64,000 nucleotides of DNA from Alphaproteobacteria bacterium. Lineage in GTDB: Bacteria; Pseudomonadota; Alphaproteobacteria; SHVV01. The notes under the pieces were generated by a model that did not search any database, was not told where the DNA came from, and saw only the letters and a program-made list of their open reading frames with translations. The stretch spans positions 4,032,001 to 4,096,000 of the forward strand of contig OZ253470.1 of assembly GCA_965261735.1 (NCBI GenBank). Direction: 5' to 3'. Position numbers and translations under genes: made by a program. Within the stretch, counting starts at the first letter, position 1; each line of letters starts with the position of its first letter. Shown here piece after piece: positions 1 through 9,484 of the stretch.

Positions 1-340
1 GCGCGACTTCGTGGCGCTCGCACGCATCGCCGGCGCCTCGCACCTGCGGATCATGCTGCGCCATATCCTGCCCAACATCATGAACACCGCCGTGGTGCTG
101 TTCACGCTACAGCTCGGCACGGTCATCCTCGTCGAGGCGTCGTTGAGCTTTCTCGGCGCCGGGGTGCCGCCGCCGACGCCCGCGTGGGGTACTATGGTCG
201 CCGACGGTCGCGATTTCACGGCGACGGCCTGGTGGATCTCCTTCTTCCCCGGTATCGCAATTCTCGTGACCGTGCTCTCGTTCAACCTGTTAGGCGATTG
301 GCTGCGCGACCGGCTCGATCCCAAATTGCGCCAACTCTAG
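1..340 (+). CDS. ABC peptide/nickel-type transporter permease (DppC/OppC-like), 5'-truncated by window edge
   Basis: [44 protein letters not shown]: DppC C-terminal signature. Confidence 0.9.
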   Translation, partial: RDFVALARIAGASHLRIMLRHILPNIMNTAVVLFTLQLGTVILVEASLSFLGAGVPPPTPAWGTMVADGRDFTATAWWISFFPGIAILVTVLSFNLLGDWLRDRLDPKLRQL

Positions 341-415
341 CCGTCGGCGGGGATGCCGCCAGTTTGCCCGTGCTCCGCGTTGGGCGATGCGCTATAGGTA
401 GCGATAGAGGTTCTC

Positions 416-1270
416 ATGCACGTTGCCTTTGCCGATATCGATGGCATCTCGACCCGCTACTATCATGAGGGGTCGGGGTACCCGGTGCTGCTGATCCACG
501 GGGTCGGCGTATCGGCCGATTCCTGGCTGCGCAATATCGATTCGCTCGCCGCCGACTTCCATGTCATCGCGCCCGACACGCTGGGGCATGGCTTCACCGG
601 AACCGGCGACTATCGGGCCGGGCCGCCACAGCCCCATGTCGTCGACCACCTCGTCGCACTCGTCGAGCACCTCGGCCTCGACAGGTTTGCCGTCGCCGGA
701 AGCTCGATGGGCGCGATGCTCGCGCTGCTCCTGTATTTCAGGCTCCCGGGGCGCATCGAGCGCCTGATCCTGATCAGCAGCGGCTCGAGCACGTTGTCCG
801 AGGAGGAGCTGTCGCGCACGCTCAAGGAGTCGTTCGCCAACGGGCTCTCGGCGATCGTCCATCCGACGCTCGAGTCCTGCCGCAAGCGCATGGAGAACAT
901 CTTCTACGACCCGGCCGCGGTGCCCGACGAACTCGTGCTCATGCAGCTCACCATGTATGCGCTGCCCGGTGCGGTCGCCGCCTATGAACCGCGCATGCGC
1001 GGTATGATGGACCTGGAAGGAAGCCGACCCTATCGGGTGGCCGACCGCCTGGGCGAGATCGAGGTGCCGACCTTACTGGTGTGGGGCCGCGACGACCCGC
1101 GCGTCATCTTCGCGCGCGCCCAGGAAGCGGCGGCCAAGATCCCCGATTCCCGCCTGGTGGGGTTCGAGAAGTGCAAGCACCCCCCCCACATCGAGCACGC
1201 CGAGCGGTTCAATGCGCTGGCCCGCGGCTTCCTGAAGGGCGAAGCCCTGGAAGCGGCCGCGGTAGGCTGA
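416..1270 (+). CDS. alpha/beta hydrolase, MhpC/BphD-like C-C hydrolase family
   Basis: LLIHG oxyanion motif, GSSMG nucleophile elbow, WGRDD acid, CKHPPH His. Confidence 0.85.
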   Translation: MHVAFADIDGISTRYYHEGSGYPVLLIHGVGVSADSWLRNIDSLAADFHVIAPDTLGHGFTGTGDYRAGPPQPHVVDHLVALVEHLGLDRFAVAGSSMGAMLALLLYFRLPGRIERLILISSGSSTLSEEELSRTLKESFANGLSAIVHPTLESCRKRMENIFYDPAAVPDELVLMQLTMYALPGAVAAYEPRMRGMMDLEGSRPYRVADRLGEIEVPTLLVWGRDDPRVIFARAQEAAAKIPDSRLVGFEKCKHPPHIEHAERFNALARGFLKGEALEAAAVG

Positions 1271-1292
1271 GCGTAGACGAGGAGCCGGAGCG

Positions 1293-2162
1293 ATGCGTGT
1301 CACCTTTACCGAGATTGGCGGCATTCCCACGCGCTATTTCTACGAGGGGGACGGCAATCCGCTGCTGCTGCTGCACGGCGCCGGCGTCTCCGCCGACACT
1401 TGGATGCGCAACATCGACCCGCTGGCGGCCGATTTCCGCGTCCTCGCTCCCGACACGCTCGGCCACGGCTTCACCGGCAACGGCGACTACCGCGAGGGCC
1501 CGCCCGCGCCCTTCGTGATCAAGCACCTGAAGGCCTTCGTCGATCACATGAAACTCGACCGCTTCTCGGTGGCGGGCAGCTCGTTCGGGGCGGTGATGGC
1601 GATCCTGCTCTATTTCGAGATGCGCGAGCGCATCGACAAGATGGTGCTCGTCAGCAGTGGCTCGAGCACCCTGTCAGAGGAAGCGGGCCTGAAGGTGCGC
1701 AAGGAATCCTTCGCCAACGGTATCTCCGCCATCGCCGACCCGACGCTCGAGTCGTGCCGCAAGCGCATGGAAAACATCTTCTACGATCCGGCCACGGTCC
1801 CGCCCGAGCTGATCTTCATGCAGCTCACGATGTACGCGCTGCCCGGGGTGCGCGAAATGTACGAGGCGCGCATGAAGGGCAACATGGATCTCGACGCGGC
1901 CCGCCCCTATCGCGTCGCCGAGCGCCTCAGCGAAATCAAGGTGCCGACTTTGATGCTCTTTGGGCGCAACGACCCGCGGGTCGATTTCGCCAAAGCCGAG
2001 GTGGCTGCGGCGAGCATCGCTGAGTCGCGCCTGATCGGCTTCGACAAGTGTAAGCACCATCCGCACGTCGAGCGCCCGCAGCAATTCAACGCCCTGGTCC
2101 GGCAGTTCCTCACGGGAACGGCGCTGGAAGACCTCGACGCGTCAGGCGTCGCGGCGAGCTAG
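1293..2162 (+). CDS. alpha/beta hydrolase, tandem paralogue of 416..1270
   Basis: LLLHG, GSSFG, GRND, CKHHPH; shares APDTLGHGFTG and PTLESCRKRMENIFYDPA blocks with the upstream gene. Confidence 0.85.
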   Translation: MRVTFTEIGGIPTRYFYEGDGNPLLLLHGAGVSADTWMRNIDPLAADFRVLAPDTLGHGFTGNGDYREGPPAPFVIKHLKAFVDHMKLDRFSVAGSSFGAVMAILLYFEMRERIDKMVLVSSGSSTLSEEAGLKVRKESFANGISAIADPTLESCRKRMENIFYDPATVPPELIFMQLTMYALPGVREMYEARMKGNMDLDAARPYRVAERLSEIKVPTLMLFGRNDPRVDFAKAEVAAASIAESRLIGFDKCKHHPHVERPQQFNALVRQFLTGTALEDLDASGVAAS

Positions 2163-2189
2163 CACGGGCGCGCGCAAGGAGGGCGGAAC

Positions 2190-3293
2190 GTGGCACACGC
2201 ATTCGCGCAGGTGATCTCGGGCGACTCGCACGTCAACGAGCCGACCGAGCTGTGGTTGGACACCATGGGTAAGAAGTTCGGCGATCGCACGCCGCGCCTG
2301 ATCGACGAGTATCAGGGCGACAAGGGGCGCTACTTCTTCACCGGGCTCCGCGTCATGAAGCTCTCCGATGACGAGGACGAGTTGCGCAACATGGGGGTCG
2401 CCCTCAACGTGGCCTACGAGCCGCAGGCGCGGCTCGACTTCCAGCGCCAGGCCGGGATCGCCTCGGAGATCATCAACCCGACCTTTGGGCTGCACCAGCT
2501 CGTCGGCCCCGACCGCGAGGCCATGCGCGTGGCGATGCAGGTCTACAACGACTGGGCCGCCGAATTCATCTCGCACGACCGCCAGCGCCTCATCGGCGCC
2601 TGCATGGTGCCGGTCGATGACGTCGATTTCGCGGTCGCGGAGCTGACCCGCGCGCGTGACAAGGGCCACTGGGGCGCCATGATCAACATGCAGCCGCCCG
2701 AGGGCCGGCCGCCCTACCGCGATCCCATCTACGACCCGCTATGGGCGTGCGCCCAGGACCTCGGCATGCCGCTGACCCTGCACTTGGCGACGGGGCGCAA
2801 CAAGACCGCCCTGCAGGCGCGCGGCAAGGAAGAGCTCGAGGAGGTCGCCGGCCTGCATTTGCACGCCAGGCTCGAAATCATGGCCATTCTCGGCAACGAC
2901 TTCATCTTCGGCCGCATCCTCGACCGCTATCCGGAGCTGGACATCATCTGCAGCGAATTCGAGATTTCGTGGATTCCGTGGTTTTGTGCCAAAATGGACG
3001 AACTGCAGTTCGCGATGGCGCATCGCCTCGATCTACCGCGATTGAAGATGAAGGCCAGCGACTACGTGACGAAACGCATATGGCACGGGATGATTAGTGA
3101 TCCCTACGGCGTCAATACGATAAACATAATGGGCGCCGAGACGATCCTGTGGGGCTCGGACTTTCCCCACGTTCGCTCGATTGGCCTCAACGCCCACGAC
3201 TACTTGGGAGAACTGCTTACCGGACTCTCCGAGGCGGATCAGGACAAGGTCGCCGGAGGGAACTGCGCCCGACTGGTCGGCCTATCGCGCTGA
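2190..3293 (+). CDS. amidohydrolase_2 family metal-dependent hydrolase/decarboxylase
   Basis: ISGDSHVNEP, YNDW, PLTLH, WGSDFPH motifs; GTG start after GGAGG. Confidence 0.85.
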   Translation: MAHAFAQVISGDSHVNEPTELWLDTMGKKFGDRTPRLIDEYQGDKGRYFFTGLRVMKLSDDEDELRNMGVALNVAYEPQARLDFQRQAGIASEIINPTFGLHQLVGPDREAMRVAMQVYNDWAAEFISHDRQRLIGACMVPVDDVDFAVAELTRARDKGHWGAMINMQPPEGRPPYRDPIYDPLWACAQDLGMPLTLHLATGRNKTALQARGKEELEEVAGLHLHARLEIMAILGNDFIFGRILDRYPELDIICSEFEISWIPWFCAKMDELQFAMAHRLDLPRLKMKASDYVTKRIWHGMISDPYGVNTINIMGAETILWGSDFPHVRSIGLNAHDYLGELLTGLSEADQDKVAGGNCARLVGLSR

Positions 3294-3338
3294 CCCCGCA
3301 ACTCATGCCGCAACCCTACACATAGAGGGAATCGAAAA

Positions 3339-4301
3339 ATGGCCATTCAGCAGGACGCACCAGGCGCGGAGGTGTATTTCCAGCCGCGACGGCTGGGCCA
3401 CGCCAACATCTTCATCAGCGACGTCGAGAAATCGATGGACTTTTACCAGGAAGTCCTCGGCATCGAGGAGGTCTACCGGCGCCCACCGGTGAAGGCCGGC
3501 TTCCTATCGAACGGCAACACCCACCACGACATCGGCATGGTCGAGTACTCCGGGCCGGCCGGCTGGAAGGACGAAGCCGGTCTCAACCACATCGCTTTCG
3601 AGCTCGAGACGCAGGTCGACCTCGTCGACGGTTATCGGCGCGCCGAAGCCGCCGGCATCCACTTCCCGCGCACCATCGATCATGAGATCGCGCACGCCCT
3701 GTACTTCTCCGACCCCGACGGCAACCGGGTCGAGATCTACGCCGACACGACACGGGACTGGCGCAACCGCAGGACCGGGCTCGTGCAGAACCCGACCTAC
3801 GAATGGACGCCGGGCAGCGTCCCGCCATCGCCGGAGATTCTCTATAACCCCGACCCGGAAATCCGGCGCATCGACGCGGCCGTCTTCCATCCCAAGCGCA
3901 TTACCCACTGCGCCCTCGCGGTGGTCGATTTCGCCGGCGCCTACGCGCACTACACAGACAAGGTGGGGCTACGTCCGATGATCGGCGGCCCCGACAGCCG
4001 GATCGCGGCGTTGGGCGGTACCTGCGGTGCGCGCGACTTGGTGCTGATCCGTGCCGACGGCGGCCGTGAACCGGGCCTTCATCACATGGGGTTCGTGGTC
4101 TGGGACGAGGCCGACCTGGAAAAGTCGATCGAGCGCATGCGCCGTGAGGGAATCACCCACGAGGCCGATGTCGATCATTCGAGCCGGCGCAGCATCGTCG
4201 TGCGCGACCCCGACGGCCTGCGCATCCAGTTCTATGTCGACCGTGGGGCAGCGCCCAACCTCGAGGACGTCGACGAGGACGCCGCCATCTATCTCGCCTG
4301 A
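3339..4301 (+). CDS. two-domain VOC (extradiol dioxygenase-like) protein
   Basis: RRLGHAN, HHDIG, GLNHIAFE, DH..ALYFSDPDGNRVEIY; second domain with GLHHMGF and DPDGLRIQFY. Confidence 0.85.
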   Translation: MAIQQDAPGAEVYFQPRRLGHANIFISDVEKSMDFYQEVLGIEEVYRRPPVKAGFLSNGNTHHDIGMVEYSGPAGWKDEAGLNHIAFELETQVDLVDGYRRAEAAGIHFPRTIDHEIAHALYFSDPDGNRVEIYADTTRDWRNRRTGLVQNPTYEWTPGSVPPSPEILYNPDPEIRRIDAAVFHPKRITHCALAVVDFAGAYAHYTDKVGLRPMIGGPDSRIAALGGTCGARDLVLIRADGGREPGLHHMGFVVWDEADLEKSIERMRREGITHEADVDHSSRRSIVVRDPDGLRIQFYVDRGAAPNLEDVDEDAAIYLA

Positions 4302-4375
4302 CGCGCCATGGCGGGGCCGACGAGGCCGGCCGGTGGCCGGGCCGCGGCGTATATCGCGAGTGAAGCGGGAGGCAT

Positions 4376-4843
4376 ATGAGCATCGAGGAAAAGCTGGCGG
4401 CTCTGAACCTGGCCCTCCCGGAGCCGTTCAAGTACCCGAGCCCCAACCGGACCGGATGCGTCGTCGTCGGCAACCTCGCCTTCGTCTCGGGTCACCCGCC
4501 GGCGGCGCTGCCGGGCGTGGCGGTCGAAGGCAAGGTCACGGCAGACCTTTCCGAGGCCGATGCGGTTGTCGCCGCGCGCGCCTGCGCCCTCAACATGCTG
4601 GCGTCGCTCGAGCAGCAGGTTGGCGATCTCGGTCGGGTGAAGCGGGTCGTCAAGCTGCTCGGCATGGTCAACTCCTCGCCAGGCTTCGATCGCCAGTTCG
4701 CGGTCATCGACGGGGCCTCCGATCTGCTCGTCTCGCTGTGGGGCCCGGAGCACGGCGCCCACGCGCGCAGCGCGGTCGGCATGTTCGAGCTGCCGCGCGG
4801 TATCCCCGTCGAGGTCGAGGGGATCTTCGAGCTTCATCTCTAG
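4376..4843 (+). CDS. RidA/YjgF family protein (Arg-containing)
   Basis: AFVSGH, RVVKLLGMVNS, HARSAVGMFELP..IPVEVEG. Confidence 0.9.
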   Translation: MSIEEKLAALNLALPEPFKYPSPNRTGCVVVGNLAFVSGHPPAALPGVAVEGKVTADLSEADAVVAARACALNMLASLEQQVGDLGRVKRVVKLLGMVNSSPGFDRQFAVIDGASDLLVSLWGPEHGAHARSAVGMFELPRGIPVEVEGIFELHL

Positions 4844-4877
4844 GCCAGCGCGCACGCGCCTCGCCGACGAGATCGCC

Positions 4878-5861
4878 ATGAACCAGCCGCTGCTTCAGGT
4901 CGAAAACCTGAAATCCTACCTCTTCACGCGCTGGGGTGTGGTCAAGGCGGCCGACGATCTCAGCTTTACCGTGGGCCGCGGCGAGACGCTCGGGCTGGTC
5001 GGCGAATCGGGCAGCGGCAAGAGCATCACGTGCCTGTCGATCCTGCGGCTGCTGCCGGCCGGCGGCAAGATCGTCGGCGGGCGCGTGCTGTTCGACGGCG
5101 AGGACCTCGTCGAGAAGAGCGAGGCGGAAATGCGCACCTTTAGGGGCAAGCGCATCTCCATGATCCTGCAAGACCCGATGACGTCGCTCAACCCCGTGCT
5201 GTCAATCGGCGACCAGGTGGCGGAGCCGATCCGCCTCCACCAGCATCTCAGGGGCAGTGCCGTACTGGCCAAGGTGGTGGAAGCGCTGCGGCTACTCAAG
5301 ATCCCGGCGCCGGAGATGCGGGTGCGCGACTATCCCCACCAGATGAGCGGCGGCATGCGCCAGCGCGTCGTCGGCGCCATCGCCCTGTCGTGCGAACCCG
5401 ACCTGTTGATCGCCGACGAGCCGACGACCTCGCTCGACGTGACGATTCAAGCGCAGTACCTGGCCTTGCTGCAGGAGATCCAGAAGGAGCACGGGATCTC
5501 GATCCTGTTCATCACCCACGACCTCGGCATCGTCGCCAAGATGTGCCATCGCGTCGCGGTCATGTATGCCGGCCGCATCGTCGAGCTGGTGTCGGTGATG
5601 GACCTGTTCGACGATCCGCGGCACCCCTACACGCGCGCGTTGCTCGCCTCGGTGCCCAACCCCGACCACCCGCAAGCGCGGCTGCCTTCGATCGAGGGTC
5701 AGCCGCCGCTGCTGCACGAGCAATTGCCGGCGTGCCCGTTCGCACCGCGCTGCGCCCACGCCGACCAGAAATGCTACGACGAGGAACCGCCCGAGGTCGC
5801 GGTGGCCGACGACCACATGGCCCGCTGCTGGAGAGTTGCCGATGGCACCCTCGCTCATTGA
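4878..5861 (+). CDS. oligopeptide-type ABC ATPase (DppD/OppD-like)
   Basis: GESGSGKS Walker [25 protein letters not shown] and CPFAPRC tail. Confidence 0.95.
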   Translation: MNQPLLQVENLKSYLFTRWGVVKAADDLSFTVGRGETLGLVGESGSGKSITCLSILRLLPAGGKIVGGRVLFDGEDLVEKSEAEMRTFRGKRISMILQDPMTSLNPVLSIGDQVAEPIRLHQHLRGSAVLAKVVEALRLLKIPAPEMRVRDYPHQMSGGMRQRVVGAIALSCEPDLLIADEPTTSLDVTIQAQYLALLQEIQKEHGISILFITHDLGIVAKMCHRVAVMYAGRIVELVSVMDLFDDPRHPYTRALLASVPNPDHPQARLPSIEGQPPLLHEQLPACPFAPRCAHADQKCYDEEPPEVAVADDHMARCWRVADGTLAH

Positions 5862-6810
5862 ACTCGACGGGGTGAAGAAGCACTTCCCCGTCAGCAAGGG
5901 GCTCCTGCTCGCGCGCACAATTGGCTGGGTCAAGGCGGTGGACGGCATCTCCCTTTCCGTTGAGCCCGGAAGGACCCTCAGCCTGGTCGGCGAATCCGGG
6001 TGCGGCAAAAGCACCGTGATCAAGTTGATCCTGGCGGTCGAGAAGCCGACGGCTGGCCGTGTGCTGTTCGAGGGCCAAGACCTCCAGGGATTGACTGGCG
6101 GGGAACTCAAGAGGTACCGCGCCTCGGTGCAGGCCGTGTTTCAGGACCCATGGGGATCGCTAAACCCGCGCATGCGCGTCGACGCGATCATCGGCGAGCC
6201 GTTGTACGTCAACGATGCCATGGACGGCGCCGCCCTCACCGAGCGCGTCGAGGAGCTCCTCGTGCATGTCGGCCTCAAGCCCCAGCATGCGCGCCTCTTT
6301 CCGCACGAGTTCAGCGGTGGCCAGCGCCAACGCATCGCCGTGGCCCGCGCCCTGGCGCTCAACCCCCGCCTGGTCGTGCTCGACGAGCCCGTATCGGCGC
6401 TCGATGTGTCGATCCGGGCGCAAATCATTAATCTTCTCAAAGACCTGCAGGATGAGCACCAGCTCAGCTACGTGCTGGTGGCCCATCATCTCGCGACCGT
6501 GTGGACGGTCAGCGACGAGGTCGCCGTGATGTATCTCGGCCAGGTCGTGGAGCACGCCGCGGTCGATGAACTGCGCACCCACCCCCTGCATCCCTACACC
6601 CAGGCCCTGATGTCGGCGGCGCTGCCCGCGCACCCGCGCGACTCGCGCGAGGACGTCATACTACCTGGCGAGGTGCCCTCACCGATCGATCCGCCGGCCG
6701 GATGCCGCTTCCACACCCGCTGTCCCCAGGCCATGCCCAAGTGCTCCGAGTCGGTGCCCGCGTTGCGCGAGATGAGTCCCGGTCATTGGGCGTCGTGCCA
6801 CCTCTACTAG
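5842..6810 (+). CDS. oligopeptide-type ABC ATPase (DppF/OppF-like)
   Basis: GESGCGKS, FPHEFSGGQRQR, LDEPVSALD, GCRFHTRC; overlaps the dppD stop. Confidence 0.95.
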   Translation: MAPSLIELDGVKKHFPVSKGLLLARTIGWVKAVDGISLSVEPGRTLSLVGESGCGKSTVIKLILAVEKPTAGRVLFEGQDLQGLTGGELKRYRASVQAVFQDPWGSLNPRMRVDAIIGEPLYVNDAMDGAALTERVEELLVHVGLKPQHARLFPHEFSGGQRQRIAVARALALNPRLVVLDEPVSALDVSIRAQIINLLKDLQDEHQLSYVLVAHHLATVWTVSDEVAVMYLGQVVEHAAVDELRTHPLHPYTQALMSAALPAHPRDSREDVILPGEVPSPIDPPAGCRFHTRCPQAMPKCSESVPALREMSPGHWASCHLY

Positions 6811-6848
6811 GTGGCGCCGGCCAGCCAACTCTGGGAGGCCCTCAGGCG

Positions 6849-8024
6849 ATGAAAAAACAGCCCGCCATACCCGCCGTCATCGACGGCGACGGTCACCTCT
6901 ACGAGGAGACCAACCTGTGGGTCGAGCGAATCGATCGCAAGTACAAGGACGCCGCGCCGCGGCTGGTAGCCGACGGCGATGCCGCGTATCTGATGATGGA
7001 GGGCTCCTTCTTCCCCAACAAGAGCGGTCCCAACGTGGGCAAGCCGCTGGGCCTGCGCGATCACAAGTGGCGCGGCCGCGTGCACGACCACCTCTCGGAT
7101 GATCCCGACGTGCGCGGACAATCCCCCGAGCTGCGGCTCGAGGACATGACGGAGATGGGCGTCGACGTCGCGGTCCTCTACCCGACGCTCGGGCTCCACG
7201 TCGCCGCCGGGACCGACGACCCGGACTATGGCCTCGCTTGCGCGCGCGCCTACAACGACTGGCTCTACGACTATTGCCAGGCCGATCCCCGGCGCCTCTT
7301 CGGCATCGCTATGCTGCCGATGCAGGATGTGACAAACGCGGCCCGCGAGCTCGATCGGGCAGTCACCAAGCTCGGCTTTCGCGGCGCCTTCATTCGCCCC
7401 AGTCCGATCGCCGGACGGGCGCTCGACAACCCGTATTTCGACCCCCTGTGGGCGGAAGCCGAGGGGCTCGACGTCCCGGTCAACACGCACGAGGTCACCG
7501 GCTGCGGCACCGTGCCGTCGGCGGGCGCCGATCAGTTCGACAACTTCTTCTTCACGCACAGCACGTCACACAGCATGCAGACCATGGTGGCCTTCGCGCA
7601 GATCGTCGCCGGTGGGGTGATGTCGCGCCACCCGCGGCTCAAGGTCGCGTTCCTGGAATCAGGGGTCGGCTGGTTGCCGTTTTGGCTCGACCGGCTCGAC
7701 GAGCACTACGAGATGCACCCGGAGTGGGTGCCGTGGCTGGAGAAGGCGCCGAGCGCTCATTTTCGCGAACAGGGGTTCATCGGCGCCGAGGCCGAGGAGG
7801 AGATGCTGGCCTACGCCATCGAACGGTGCGGCTCGGACCGCATCCTGTTCGCCTCCGACTATCCGCACTGGGACGCCTCGCCCGATCCCGTCGGCGGGTT
7901 TCTGGCCAAATGGGAGGACCGCCTGTCGGTCGACGACCAGGCCAACGTCATGTGCCACACGGCGGAGCGGCTCTACAAGATCGACTTGCTGGCGCTCGAC
8001 CCCAAGCTTGCCGTGGCGGGCTAA
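6849..8024 (+). CDS. amidohydrolase_2 family protein
   Basis: IDGDGHLYE, AYNDWL, FLESGVGW, FASDYPH; ATG 6849 after GGAGG. Confidence 0.85.
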   Translation: MKKQPAIPAVIDGDGHLYEETNLWVERIDRKYKDAAPRLVADGDAAYLMMEGSFFPNKSGPNVGKPLGLRDHKWRGRVHDHLSDDPDVRGQSPELRLEDMTEMGVDVAVLYPTLGLHVAAGTDDPDYGLACARAYNDWLYDYCQADPRRLFGIAMLPMQDVTNAARELDRAVTKLGFRGAFIRPSPIAGRALDNPYFDPLWAEAEGLDVPVNTHEVTGCGTVPSAGADQFDNFFFTHSTSHSMQTMVAFAQIVAGGVMSRHPRLKVAFLESGVGWLPFWLDRLDEHYEMHPEWVPWLEKAPSAHFREQGFIGAEAEEEMLAYAIERCGSDRILFASDYPHWDASPDPVGGFLAKWEDRLSVDDQANVMCHTAERLYKIDLLALDPKLAVAG

Positions 8025-8087
8025 GCCGTCGTTGACGGCGAGTCCCGAGACGCCGGCGGTGCCTCCGCGGCAGCAATCCACACCAAA

Positions 8088-8103
8088 TGTAACGCTCGCT
8101 ACT
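8088..8103. promoter_or_regulatory. candidate Crp-family box TGTAA-CGCTCG-CTACT upstream of the crp-like gene
   Basis: GTA-N8-TAC palindromic core; resembles the boxes at 9025 and 9058. Confidence 0.4.
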
Positions 8104-8214
8104 TCGCTTACCGCACCTGACGGGTAAGGTCCGCGATGTTTCGGCGCGGGGCCGCACGAGCTGTGCGGCGGCCCGGCTCTACGCTTTTTTGCCGGGGCGA
8201 GAAGGACGTGTGTC

Positions 8215-8991
8215 ATGAGCCAGTTAGATGCGAGGCCAAGCCAACCTTGCGCCGTCGGGCGCGGCCGGACGGCGGTACCCGCCGCCGATACCCCGAGCCT
8301 TGCCGGCATCGCGCTCCTGTCGGGCCTGCCTGCATCGGTCCTGCGATCGCTCACCGATCAATGCCGATGGCATCGCTTCGCGGCTAACCAGCTGATTCTC
8401 GATCGCAGCGAGGAGGAGCACGACGTCTTCTTCGTCCTCGCGGGTGCCGTGCGCGTCGTCAACTACTCGCGCACCGGGCGCGAGATCGCGTACGACAGCG
8501 TCGAGGCGGGTGGCTACTTCGGCGAGCTGCTGGCGCTCATCGGGCCGCCGCGGTCGGCCACCGTCATCGCCGCCGACGAGTGCCTGATCGCCAGCTTGCC
8601 GCATGACGCGTTCGTGCGCTTGCTCCACGACTACCCCGACCTCGCCATCAAGGTGCTGCAGCGTCACGCCGGCATCATCCGCTCGAGCGACGATCGCATC
8701 ATGGACCTGTGCACCTTGAAGTCGGTGCAGCGCGTCTACGTCGCCCTGTTGCGGCTCGCCGAGTACGACGACGAGTCGGACCAATGGATCATTCCACCGA
8801 TTTGGACGCAGAGCGTGATCGCCAGCCACGCCGGTACGGCGCGCGAAACGGTGTCGCGCGTGCTCGCCCAGCTCGCGGGAGAAGGCGTTGTCGCGCGTCG
8901 AATGCGCATCCTGCGCATCCTCGACAAGCCGCGCCTCGAGCGCCTCTCCGAGGCCGCGGACTCCGACATGGCGGACAGTCTCGCCCACTGA
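8215..8991 (+). CDS. Crp/Fnr family transcriptional regulator
   Basis: cNMP-binding FGEL..PRSATV; HTH TQSVIASHAGTARETVSRVL. Confidence 0.93.
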   Translation: MSQLDARPSQPCAVGRGRTAVPAADTPSLAGIALLSGLPASVLRSLTDQCRWHRFAANQLILDRSEEEHDVFFVLAGAVRVVNYSRTGREIAYDSVEAGGYFGELLALIGPPRSATVIAADECLIASLPHDAFVRLLHDYPDLAIKVLQRHAGIIRSSDDRIMDLCTLKSVQRVYVALLRLAEYDDESDQWIIPPIWTQSVIASHAGTARETVSRVLAQLAGEGVVARRMRILRILDKPRLERLSEAADSDMADSLAH

Positions 8992-9024
8992 TCAGGCGCG
9001 TCCCGTGCCCGTTTAGCGACCCAA

Positions 9025-9073
9025 GGTGACCACCGTCACGCGCCGACGCACGCGTCCTGTAACGGCGGTCACT
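9025..9073. promoter_or_regulatory. two candidate Crp-type boxes: GGTGA-N6-TCACG (9025-9040) and TGTAA-N6-TCACT (9058-9073)
   Basis: each matches TGTGA-N6-TCACA at 8/10; 33 bp apart; upstream of the Sel1 gene. Confidence 0.5.
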
Positions 9074-9096
9074 CCCGGATTCCCGAGACCTCCCTA

Positions 9097-9119
9097 TGTG
9101 TAGGTCACAGTCCTACACA
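9097..9119. repeat. perfect 8-bp inverted repeat TGTGTAGG-N7-CCTACACA
   Basis: read directly from the sequence, about 30 bp upstream of the Sel1 ATG. Confidence 0.6.
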
Positions 9120-9148
9120 AGGCCGGAAGGCCATGCGGAGGTAACCCC

Positions 9149-9418
9149 ATGAACGTCACCCGCCATAAACCAAGCGACCACCAGGCGGGCGCTGCAGAAC
9201 AGGGCTCGTGCGACGCACAGGTTCGGCTCGGCCTGATGTACTCGACAGGTCAAGACGTTGGGCAGGACTACGTGAGCGCCCACAAATGGTTCAATCTCGC
9301 CGCCGTGGGCGGCGATACCCGCGCGTCCGCCTACCGCGCCGAGATCGCCCGCGATATGTCCCAGCAACAGATCGCCCAGGCACAGCGCTTGGCGCGGGAG
9401 TGGAAGCTGCGCCACTAA
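9149..9418 (+). CDS. small Sel1-repeat protein
   Basis: AQVRLGLMYSTGQDVGQDYVSAHKWFNLAA Sel1 repeat, then MSQQQIAQAQRLAREW; GGAGG RBS. Confidence 0.85.
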   Translation: MNVTRHKPSDHQAGAAEQGSCDAQVRLGLMYSTGQDVGQDYVSAHKWFNLAAVGGDTRASAYRAEIARDMSQQQIAQAQRLAREWKLRH

Positions 9419-9484
9419 GCGCTGCCGTTTGCGGGCTGCCCCGCCTCTCGCGCACGGGCCGCTCGCGGGGTTCGCCCGTGCGCC

